From Minisyncoccota bacterium (GTDB lineage: Bacteria; Patescibacteriota; Minisyncoccia; Phycocordibacterales; UBA12079), in contig JAGLLX010000001.1 in assembly GCA_023140255.1 (NCBI GenBank), positions 27,861 to 91,860 on the forward strand: a DNA stretch of 64,000 nucleotides, in the 5' to 3' direction. The translations under genes and the position numbers were made by a program. Under the pieces are notes generated by a model that ran no database searches, was not told the DNA's origin, and saw only the letters and a list, made by a program, of their open reading frames with translations. Shown here piece by piece: positions 50,949 to 58,700 of this stretch. How positions within the stretch are numbered: position 1 is the first letter of the stretch; every line of letters starts with the position of its first letter.

Positions 50949-52202
50949 TTAGTTAATAAATTCAATAGAATCCCGTATTTTTTCCATTGTTTTTATAACA
51001 AAAACTTCTCGCAAAAGGTCAGACTTAGCTGTAGTTTTTAGATAATTTTCCCACTCGTTAAGAATATCTATTTTTTTATCAAAAAAGTTATTTCGGGGAC
51101 TATTATTTATTTTCCCAAAATCCTCTTTAAATTTTATTGTTAAAGGGTCTTTTGTTACACTAAATAGCATAATTGTTTGCCATAATTCCTCATTAGTTTT
51201 TCTTGCGGCGCGAAGAGAATGAACTTCTTTTTTTATAGAAGGGATGTTTTTATCAACCAGTTCAGTCGTTTGAATAGTTGTAGGTCCCCACTTGACCGTA
51301 TCTTTAGTTGTGTATTGATGGTGGCTATTTAATTGTGTTAAATAGTATTGGTCAGTATTAGTATATTTTGGAAATTTTGATGGTTTAGATATAGTTAACC
51401 TTATTGGTTCAGTCTTAGGATTTAGAGTAATAAGAATACCTTTCCCTGTCATATCATCACTGAAATGTATATTATCAATATAATAAAACTTTTTAGGATA
51501 GTTAAAAACAAGATTTTTATAATTAGTATTTGTTGGTTCATTTACTACATTGTTTACTACATAAGTATTCCAGTCATTGGTGTGAGTGTAATTATTAACG
51601 GAAGAGTTTTCAGTAGTAATTATTTTTATTGAGTTGAGGATTAATTCCATTTCTTCTAAGATAGAATAGAAATTTTTAGATTCGTTAGTTTCTAAATAAT
51701 TTTTCCAAGTTTCGGGGGTTTTTGAGAACGGCATCTGCCTACTTAGATGTAAGTATTCTGTGCTGCTGATTTTTTTAAATAAGGTTATTGTGTTTTCTAA
51801 AATATAATCTAATCTTTCTTCTTTACGAATATAGAAAGTATTGTTTGAATTTAGATTTTTTGAAAAATATTGGATATTATTATTATTTTTGGAATTTGTT
51901 AGGTAGCTGTTATCACCACCTGAATAATTTTTTGTATAGCTTAAATGCATAGGTTCATTTTTAGAAACAATTTTAATTTCATGTAAATTGTTTTGTTGAG
52001 ATGTGTTAAAGGTAGATTCCTTTACGTACATTGAATCAGGATATTTAAATTGAATATTTTGTGTCGCATATGTCTCCCAATTATCTGTATTTAAAATATT
52101 AACGGAGAGTTCTTTTTCTAGTATCGTAGATTTTTGAAAATAAAAATATCCTCCACTAAAGACAATTAATATTAAACTAATAATTATTTTTTTATTTTTC
52201 AT
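50949..52202 (-). CDS. Hypothetical secreted/membrane-anchored protein
   Basis: 417 aa, N-terminal TM. Confidence 0.35.
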   Translation of the reverse strand: MKNKKIIISLILIVFSGGYFYFQKSTILEKELSVNILNTDNWETYATQNIQFKYPDSMYVKESTFNTSQQNNLHEIKIVSKNEPMHLSYTKNYSGGDNSYLTNSKNNNNIQYFSKNLNSNNTFYIRKEERLDYILENTITLFKKISSTEYLHLSRQMPFSKTPETWKNYLETNESKNFYSILEEMELILNSIKIITTENSSVNNYTHTNDWNTYVVNNVVNEPTNTNYKNLVFNYPKKFYYIDNIHFSDDMTGKGILITLNPKTEPIRLTISKPSKFPKYTNTDQYYLTQLNSHHQYTTKDTVKWGPTTIQTTELVDKNIPSIKKEVHSLRAARKTNEELWQTIMLFSVTKDPLTIKFKEDFGKINNSPRNNFFDKKIDILNEWENYLKTTAKSDLLREVFVIKTMEKIRDSIEFIN

Positions 52203-52217
52203 AAGTTTTTAATTTTT

Positions 52218-54320
52218 TTAAACAGTTTTTTTAATAAAATTAGAATCAGCGTCTTTAATAGATAGTTTTAATTTGCCTCTATTATCTTTTTCTTTAATTA
52301 CTACAGGAACTTCCATTCCTTCTTTAAGAACTTTATTAATATCTTCAATTCTAAAAGGAGCTACTTCTGAAATATGAACCATCCCTTCTGTTTTTGCTCC
52401 AATTTCTACAATCGCTCCAAAATCAAACATTTTAATAATTTTCCCTGTAAACTTCTCCCCTACTTTATAATCTCTTGTTAATTCAGCAATAATTTTTTTC
52501 GCTTTTGTTGCTCCCTCTAATGACCCTGTTATGAAAACTTTTCCATCATCTTCAATATCAATTTCTACTCCAGTATCATCTTTAATTCCATTAATTACTT
52601 TTCCTCCAGAACCAATTACTCCTCCAATTTGTTCAGGTAAGATTTGCATTTGTAAAATTTGTGGAGCATTTGGAGATAATTCTTTTCTAGGTTCAGAAAT
52701 TTCTGCTTCAATTACATCTAAGATTTCAAATCTTGCTTTTTCAGCTTGAACTAATGCTTCAGAAAGAATTTTAATAGGTACTCCTTCTACTTTTACATCC
52801 ATTTGAATGGCTGTAACTCCATTTCGCGTACCTGTGACTTTCAAATCCATATCTCCGTAATGGTCTTCAGGTCCTTGAATATCTGTTAAAATTTTATAAT
52901 TATCTTTATCTTTCATCATTAACCCCATTGCAATTCCAGCTACTGGAGCTTTAATAGGAACTCCTGCGTCCATTAGTGCAATAGTGCTTCCGCAAGTAGA
53001 AGCCATTGAAGTTGATCCGTTAGAAGCCATTGCTTCTGAAACAATTCGTATTGTATAAGGAAATTCTTCTTCAGAAGGAAGCACTGCTAGTAAAGCTTTT
53101 TCAGCTAACATTCCGTGTCCGATCATTCTTCGGTTGAAGCCTCCTACTCTACCTGTTTCCCCTGTTGAAAATGGTGGGAAGTTATAATGATGAAAATATC
53201 TTTTTTCTTCTCCTTCATTTTCTATATTGTTTAACATTAATGTTTCTCTAGGACCTCCTAAAGTTAAGGCTGAGAATACATGAGTTTCTCCTCTATAAAA
53301 TACTCCTGTTCCATGAGCTGTGGGTGAAATTACTCCTGCTTTTGCTACTAAAGTTCGGATTTGATCCATGGATCTTCCGTCTACTCTCATATTTTCGTTT
53401 AAAGCTCTTTCATGAATAATTTCATCAGTACTATTTTCGTAAAGAGCTAAAGCTAAAGAAATATTTTCTCCCTCAAAATTTTCTTTGAATATTTTTAACC
53501 ATTCATTTTTAATTACTTCTATAGTTTTATTACTATTTTCTCCAAAAATTTCTTCTTTAGTTCTAGTCTGGAAGTTTTCTTGAAAATGTTTCAAAGCTTC
53601 AGCAGATAATTCTTCTTTTTCCATTACTATTTTTTCTTTTCCAATTTCTGAAATAATTTCTTTTTGCCAATTTTGGATTTTTTCAATTTCCTCAGAAGCT
53701 TTCAGAAAGGCCTGAGAATTTATTTCGTTTGAAACTTGATTAGCTCTAATTTCCATCATATTTAGATTCCCATCTTTCCCACAAGCTACTAAATCTAATT
53801 TTCTTTCTGTTTCATTTTCTATTTCAAAATTAGCAGTTAATTCATTTTGGTTATTTGCTGTAATACGAACAGCACTTACAGGACCTGACCAAGGAATGTT
53901 TGAAGTTCCTAATGTTAACGAAGCTCCGTTTATAGCTAAAATATCAGGACTACATTTTCCTAAAGATAGAACTGTAGCGATTACTTGAATTTCATTTCTA
54001 ATTGATGAATCAAAAAGTGGACGAATTGTTCTGTCAATCATTCTCCCTGTTAACACAGCATTAGTTGAAGGAGCCCCTTCTTTTCTCATAAAACGACCTC
54101 CTAAAATTTTCCCTACAGCATAAAATTTTTCTTCAAAATCTACTGAAAGTGGGAACCAATCTTGCCCCTCTCTTTTGTTTTGAGACATTACTGCTGTTAC
54201 CATTACTACTGTATTGTCACAACTTAAGATAACTGAGCCGTTAGCTTGGTTGGCTAGATCAGTAAATTGAGCTGTTAAGGTTTTACCACCTATATCTAAT
54301 GAATATTCTTTTGTTTCCAT
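52218..54320 (-). CDS. pnp: Polyribonucleotide nucleotidyltransferase (PNPase)
   Basis: Two RNase PH domains, KH, C-terminal S1. Confidence 0.9.
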   Translation of the reverse strand: METKEYSLDIGGKTLTAQFTDLANQANGSVILSCDNTVVMVTAVMSQNKREGQDWFPLSVDFEEKFYAVGKILGGRFMRKEGAPSTNAVLTGRMIDRTIRPLFDSSIRNEIQVIATVLSLGKCSPDILAINGASLTLGTSNIPWSGPVSAVRITANNQNELTANFEIENETERKLDLVACGKDGNLNMMEIRANQVSNEINSQAFLKASEEIEKIQNWQKEIISEIGKEKIVMEKEELSAEALKHFQENFQTRTKEEIFGENSNKTIEVIKNEWLKIFKENFEGENISLALALYENSTDEIIHERALNENMRVDGRSMDQIRTLVAKAGVISPTAHGTGVFYRGETHVFSALTLGGPRETLMLNNIENEGEEKRYFHHYNFPPFSTGETGRVGGFNRRMIGHGMLAEKALLAVLPSEEEFPYTIRIVSEAMASNGSTSMASTCGSTIALMDAGVPIKAPVAGIAMGLMMKDKDNYKILTDIQGPEDHYGDMDLKVTGTRNGVTAIQMDVKVEGVPIKILSEALVQAEKARFEILDVIEAEISEPRKELSPNAPQILQMQILPEQIGGVIGSGGKVINGIKDDTGVEIDIEDDGKVFITGSLEGATKAKKIIAELTRDYKVGEKFTGKIIKMFDFGAIVEIGAKTEGMVHISEVAPFRIEDINKVLKEGMEVPVVIKEKDNRGKLKLSIKDADSNFIKKTV

Positions 54321-54446
54321 ATTTATAGTTCTTTGGTATACCTTTCAGATTTTAGACTTGAAACACTTGCTTCAAACCTACCTATCTAAAAGGTAAGTTA
54401 TAATAATATTTTCAGTATACCAATTTTTACAGAAAATTCTAGTAAA

Positions 54447-54484
54447 AAATAAACGGCTCACCCAGGTGAGCCGTTTATTTTTTG
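54447..54484. terminator. Hairpin terminator
   Basis: AAATAAACGGCTCACC-CAG-GTGAGCCGTTTATTT + T-run. Confidence 0.55.
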
Positions 54485-54492
54485 AATTTTAA

Positions 54493-55062
54493 TTATTTTT
54501 TAGGAGACCTTTTTGTTTTTATAGGAGTTTTCCTACTTCTATTTTTATTTCCTCTGTATCCAATTAAATATTTTTTATGATCTTCGCCTAAGTCTAGGAA
54601 ATCGTCAGCTACTTCTCTTAATTTTGATGAAGATGATTTTCCAAAAGCTACTACTTCAACCTGACAACCTTCGTTTGTTTGTAAATATTCTACTAACGGA
54701 ATAAAGTCGCCATCTCCTGACACTAAAATAATAGTGTCTAATTTAGGTGCCATTTTAACAGCATCAATTGCCAAGCCTACATCCCAATCAGCTTTTTTAG
54801 CTCCTCCAAAAAAGATTTGTAAGTCTTTTGTTTTGGTTTCAATCCCGAGTTTTTCTAAGGCATCAAAAAAGACAGATTCTTCTCCTGATTCTGTGGTAAT
54901 TACATAAGCGATAGCTCTAATTAAAGCTCTCTCGCCTACCGAGCTCTCCATTATTTGCTTAAAATTTACTTTAGCAGAATAGAGATTTCTAGCGCTATGA
55001 TAAAGATTTTGGGCGTCTATAAAGACTCCAACTCTTTGTTCTTTGTGTTTTATTACAGTCAT
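54493..55062 (-). CDS. NYN-domain (LabA-like) ribonuclease-fold protein
   Basis: VGVFIDAQNLYHS ... ILVSGDGDFIPL motifs. Confidence 0.65.
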   Translation of the reverse strand: MTVIKHKEQRVGVFIDAQNLYHSARNLYSAKVNFKQIMESSVGERALIRAIAYVITTESGEESVFFDALEKLGIETKTKDLQIFFGGAKKADWDVGLAIDAVKMAPKLDTIILVSGDGDFIPLVEYLQTNEGCQVEVVAFGKSSSSKLREVADDFLDLGEDHKKYLIGYRGNKNRSRKTPIKTKRSPKK

Positions 55063-55098
55063 AAATATATTATGTGTTAAGTAGTAAGTGGATAATAG

Positions 55099-55127
55099 AA
55101 AGGGTGAGGCTTCGCCTCACCCTTTTA
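55099..55127. terminator. Hairpin terminator downstream of rpsO
   Basis: AAAGGGTGAGGC-TTCG-GCCTCACCCTTTT. Confidence 0.55.
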
Positions 55128-55133
55128 TAATTA

Positions 55134-55400
55134 TTATTTTTTTAGTCCTAGAGTTTTAATTACTTTATTGTAACGAGCAGTACTCTTTTTTTGTAAATAT
55201 TTTAAATGTTTTCTTCTATCAGCTACCATTTGTAATAAACCTTTTCTTGAATGTCTGTCTTTTCTATGAGTTTTTAAATGCATTGCTAATTCATCAATCT
55301 TTTTAGATAAAATAGAAACCTGTACTTCTGGAGAACCAGTATCAGCTTTGTGTTTCTGAACCTTCTTTATAGCGTTATCTTTTTTTACTTTTGTTAACAT
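55134..55400 (-). CDS. rpsO: 30S ribosomal protein uS15
   Basis: 88 aa, ...GSPEVQVSILSKKI...HLKTHRKDRHSRKGL... Confidence 0.9.
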   Translation of the reverse strand: MLTKVKKDNAIKKVQKHKADTGSPEVQVSILSKKIDELAMHLKTHRKDRHSRKGLLQMVADRRKHLKYLQKKSTARYNKVIKTLGLKK

Positions 55401-55446
55401 GATGCGAAAATAATAGCATTAATTATTAAAATTTGCAAGAAAATAA

Positions 55447-55631
55447 GGGTAAAATAGTGTATTTATGAGATATTTGATGGAATCTGATTTAACCTCCGAG
55501 GAAGGAGTTCTGCCGTTAGAAGTAAAAAACCAAAGGTTTTTGTCAGTTTTAACGGTAGATTTTATTGTTAAATAAATAACAACAAAAGATTAAATCTAAC
55601 TCCTTATCTCATAAATACACTATTTTACCGA
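55447..55631. mobile_element. MITE-like element with perfect 25-bp terminal inverted repeats
   Basis: GGTAAAATAGTGTATTTATGAGATA ... TATCTCATAAATACACTATTTTACC; the interior carries a CCGTTAGAAG...TTTTAACGG hairpin of the CCGTTAGAG family. Confidence 0.55.
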
Positions 55632-55723
55632 TATAATTCTATGAATTCACTAATTTTTTTAAATTAACGAATTCAATAGAATGGGTAAAGTGTTTGTTCT
55701 AAACACCTTACCCAGATGAGAAG

Positions 55724-56101
55724 TTACTCTTTAGGATTAAGAGCATCCTTCACTGCTCGGGCAAGGCCGGTATTGTATTGGCCTTTGTTTACTCGAGCAG
55801 CACCTTCAAAGGTTTTCCCGTTAATGGTTACGATTGTAACATCAACTTGGCGACCTCTGAAAGCTGAATCATTTTTCCCGAATCTGTCACGGAAGTTAAC
55901 TGCGACATTTTCGAAACCTTTTTCTTTAAGAAGCCCAAAAATCTGGAGCTTCTCAATTTTCGGAGGATCAAATGATCTGTAGTCCCATGAGAATTCAACA
56001 TTCTCTAGGCAGATACAGCTTTCTTCTGCATTTGCAGGTATAGTTGAAATAACAACTAACATTACCAAAACTACCAAAAAACTACCGATTAATTTCTTCA
56101 T
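55724..56101 (-). CDS. Small secreted protein (island gene A)
   Basis: Signal peptide MKKLIGSFLVVLVMLVVISTIPANA; GGAG SD; GC-elevated. Confidence 0.45.
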   Translation of the reverse strand: MKKLIGSFLVVLVMLVVISTIPANAEESCICLENVEFSWDYRSFDPPKIEKLQIFGLLKEKGFENVAVNFRDRFGKNDSAFRGRQVDVTIVTINGKTFEGAARVNKGQYNTGLARAVKDALNPKE

Positions 56102-56217
56102 CTTCTTTCTCCTTTCTCGGAATTTCCGAGATCTAGTTTTGTTATTATAACGTTAAGTTGATAGATTACTACCGCAAAACAAATAACGATAACGATAGTT
56201 AAGTATGCGATTTGCAT
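56098..56217 (-). CDS. Unannotated 39-aa single-TM peptide (island), translationally coupled to gene A
   Basis: Hand translation MQIAYLTIVIVICFAVVIYQLNVIITKLDLGNSEKGERR; SD AAAGGAGG; stop overlaps ATG of gene A (ATGA). Confidence 0.35.
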   Translation of the reverse strand: MQIAYLTIVIVICFAVVIYQLNVIITKLDLGNSEKGERR

Positions 56218-56252
56218 GATACCTTCCTCCTTTCTCGGAATCTCCGAGATAT

Positions 56253-56423
56253 GTAAACTTTATTTAAAGAACATCTACTATGAAACTTCAAACACTTTGT
56301 TTAAAATTTCAATAATAGGCTGGAGTGAGTATTTTTCAATAAACACTCCAGCGAACTTTGAACACTAAGTTTTTTGTCTAGGACTGGGGAACTTGGAAAC
56401 CTTTTTATTATTTAAGAACAACT
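56253..56423. repeat. Promoter/leader repeat module, copy 1
   Basis: Contains hairpin CTGGAGTG...CACTCCAG; on the minus strand TTGAAA-N16-TATTAT; palindrome GAAACTTCAAACACTTTGTTTAAAATTTC. About 99% identical to copy 3. Confidence 0.6.
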
Positions 56424-56810
56424 TCAGTCATAATCATGTCTGGTAGTGAAGAGCCTTGTTGCCTCAGTTTTGTTTTTTACAGAAATTGGTATATTACCAT
56501 CAATATACCACTGAGAGTGGTTAAATCTCTCAATAAATTCTTTCGTGCCTTTTTGCGGAGCTTCACAAGAATTTGTACACTTCTTGGAACAACCTTCGCA
56601 CATTTTTGTTGCTTCAAGCTGGCTTTTGATGTAGTCGAGGACTTTCTCGGCTTTTTCGGTGAGGTTGTCTTGAATAGTAGATGGATAATATATACATATC
56701 TCTATCCCATTCCCCCAGTTTAAATCTATTTGATATACACCATCTACCGACTGAATCAATGTATTGCTACATTGATTTGGAATTGGTATTTCAAATCCTC
56801 TTGTACTCAT
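56424..56810 (-). CDS. Small cysteine-rich protein (island gene B)
   Basis: 128 aa, CEGCSKKCTNSC cluster; SD GGAGAGGAG preceded by hairpin TCCGACAATGTCGGA. Confidence 0.45.
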   Translation of the reverse strand: MSTRGFEIPIPNQCSNTLIQSVDGVYQIDLNWGNGIEICIYYPSTIQDNLTEKAEKVLDYIKSQLEATKMCEGCSKKCTNSCEAPQKGTKEFIERFNHSQWYIDGNIPISVKNKTEATRLFTTRHDYD

Positions 56811-56845
56811 CTCTTTCTCCTCTCCGACATTGTCGGAATTTAAGT

Positions 56846-57022
56846 TATTTTCCCAAAAAACTTATATATTCAAATTTATTTAAAGAACTACTATGAAACT
56901 TCAAACACTTTGTTTAAAGTTTCAATAATAGGGGTGAGATACTTGCAAACTAAACAAGTCTCACCCTTTTGAACATTAAAGCTTTTTGATACCCAGAAGC
57001 TTTGGAGAACTTGGAAACCTTT
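56846..57022. repeat. Promoter/leader repeat module, copy 2 (diverged)
   Basis: Same block order as copy 1; hairpin stem replaced by GGGTGAGA...TCTCACCC (compensatory). Confidence 0.6.
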
Positions 57023-57274
57023 TTAAAGGTTAAGACTTTCTGTAAAATTGGAGTAATCACTCCAATCACAAGAACAACAGGACCGTTTTATTTGATACCT
57101 TCGGACCTGCACCCTTTTGTAAGGATAATTTGCCACGTAATTTCTTACGTGAACAATTTCCTTTGTTAATAGTATTTGTTCCTTTCTGACCCACCCCTCA
57201 CATTCAGGGCAGATATTTTTTGAAAGAGCCTCTTCTCTTAGGGCTTTTTCCAGTCTTTCCTTTGTATCATTCAT
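57023..57274 (-). CDS. Small zinc-ribbon-like protein (island gene C)
   Basis: 83 aa; CPEC ... CCSC; start overlaps end of gene D. Confidence 0.45.
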   Translation of the reverse strand: MNDTKERLEKALREEALSKNICPECEGWVRKEQILLTKEIVHVRNYVANYPYKRVQVRRYQIKRSCCSCDWSDYSNFTESLNL

Positions 57275-57452
57275 CTTCTCCTCCTTGTTTTATATATAAC
57301 TTCATTGTCAAAATATATGTTTGCCAGATTGGACAGCAGTTTTTATCGCAATAGACTTGAGTTGAAGCAGCTGCTCCCCTGTTTCCAGTTACAGTGAGAC
57401 CACATCCATCTCCTTTTTGAAATTGACACCTTAACTCGTTATTATTACTCAT
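57267..57452 (-). CDS. Small cysteine-rich peptide (island gene D, 61 aa from MSNNN)
   Basis: Start re-set to the Met preceded by SD GAAAGGAGACGGGG; 5 Cys; the C-terminus encodes the SD for gene C. Confidence 0.4.
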   Translation of the reverse strand: MSNNNELRCQFQKGDGCGLTVTGNRGAAASTQVYCDKNCCPIWQTYILTMKLYIKQGGEDE

Positions 57453-57492
57453 TCCCCGTCTCCTTTCTCGACATCGTCGAGATCTAGTATAT

Positions 57493-57647
57493 AAAACTTT
57501 ATTTAAAGAACATCTACTATGAAACTTCAAACACTTTGTTTAAAATTTCAATAATAGGCTGGAGTGAGTATTTTTCAATAAACACTCCAGCGAACTTTGA
57601 ACACCAAGTTTTTATACTAAGGCAGAAAACTTGGAAACCTTTCTATC
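57493..57647. repeat. Promoter/leader repeat module, copy 3
   Basis: About 125 bp essentially identical to copy 1. Confidence 0.6.
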
Positions 57648-58118
57648 TTATTTCAGACAGCGGATAGACAGGCCTAATTGTTTTCCACTTTTGCCTTGGG
57701 TACCCTTACAATTCAAATCAGTAATATCTCTCCTGTTAGCCCAAGCAAGATCTTCATTTATAGAAGAAGATGACCAGAAAAAAGCAGTATAATAAAAATT
57801 GAGAAGGTTGACGTAACCGTAAGAGAAACGTACTCCTGCAAAAAATAAGTTGGGGATACTTTCCCTACCCTTTTCTCCAAGGATAGACCATTCTTCAACA
57901 GTCGGTATCTGCTTTCCAGCTTTTTTGGTTTCTCGTATTGCAGCAGAAAAGGTAAATAATTGTTGGCCTGCAGTATTATATACCCCAGTACCACCAACAT
58001 ACTCCCAAATATCCTTTTCAGGATTTTGGAGATAAACAACTCCGTTATTGTCGGTAAATTGTTCCCAACCACTAGAGTCAACCTTGAAATTTTCGTTTTC
58101 CAGCTGAAGATTACTCAT
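57648..58118 (-). CDS. FISUMP-domain protein (Fibrobacter succinogenes major paralogous domain)
   Basis: ...IPTVEEWSIL..., AGVRFSYGYVNLLNFYYTAFFWSSSS, GLSIRCLK C-terminus; SD GGGGAAGGAG preceded by hairpin CCCGATGATTTCGGG. Confidence 0.55.
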   Translation of the reverse strand: MSNLQLENENFKVDSSGWEQFTDNNGVVYLQNPEKDIWEYVGGTGVYNTAGQQLFTFSAAIRETKKAGKQIPTVEEWSILGEKGRESIPNLFFAGVRFSYGYVNLLNFYYTAFFWSSSSINEDLAWANRRDITDLNCKGTQGKSGKQLGLSIRCLK

Positions 58119-58279
58119 TTCCCTTCTCCTTCCCCGAAATCATCGGGTTAGTTTAAAATTGACAACAAAAAGAAAATTATTCCCAAAAAACTTGATATTT
58201 AATTGTAAAGAACATCTTTTTCTCTTTATTAAGAGAGTGGAAAATACGAAACTTCATATTTTTTTCTCTCTAAACAAAA

Positions 58280-58323
58280 AATTGGTCGTTTAATTCTTTC
58301 GGAAAAGAATTAAACGACCAATT
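58280..58323. terminator. 20-bp-stem hairpin bounding the island
   Basis: AATTGGTCGTTTAATTCTTT-CGGA-AAAGAATTAAACGACCAATT with T-run on the minus-strand side. Confidence 0.5.
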
Positions 58324-58354
58324 TCTGATCTTTTAAACTCCTTCCTCAAAAAGC

Positions 58355-58472
58355 TTGTCCTGTTAGAGGTAAGAAACTGAAAATTTCTGTAAGCTCTAAT
58401 AGGATTTTTTATTTATCCCGTTAGAAGTAAAAAATCGTAGATTTTCGTCAGTTCTAATGGGATTTAGTTTTT
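58355..58472. repeat. Two tandem hairpin units of the CCGTTAGAG family
   Basis: CCTGTTAGAGG...CTCTAATAGGA and CCCGTTAGAAG...TTCTAATGGGA; the second is about 80% identical to the MITE interior at 55525..55575. Confidence 0.45.
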
Positions 58473-58700
58473 AAAATGTTTCCGTCTCTTTCTTAACTGT
58501 ATTTATAGTATCATAACTAATATAATTTGTCAAGGGATTTAGTTTGCTTAAGTTATTTTTAATTTTTTAATCCCCTTTCCTTAATTACGAATACTATATC
58601 ATATTGTAAATAACTTGTCAAGCTTTGTTTAAAATAATTTAGAAATCCAACTTTCGTTATGTCGCACAATATTTTTTATGATTATGATATAATTTAAGGA

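Noticed and set aside
55716-58151. Plus-strand or alternative-frame ORFs in the island (55716..55982, 56436..56723, 56681..56896, 57758..58081, 57850..58035, 57960..58151)
   Set aside because: They overlap the SD-preceded minus-strand genes; none has its own SD or hairpin-SD leader, whereas every minus-strand gene does.
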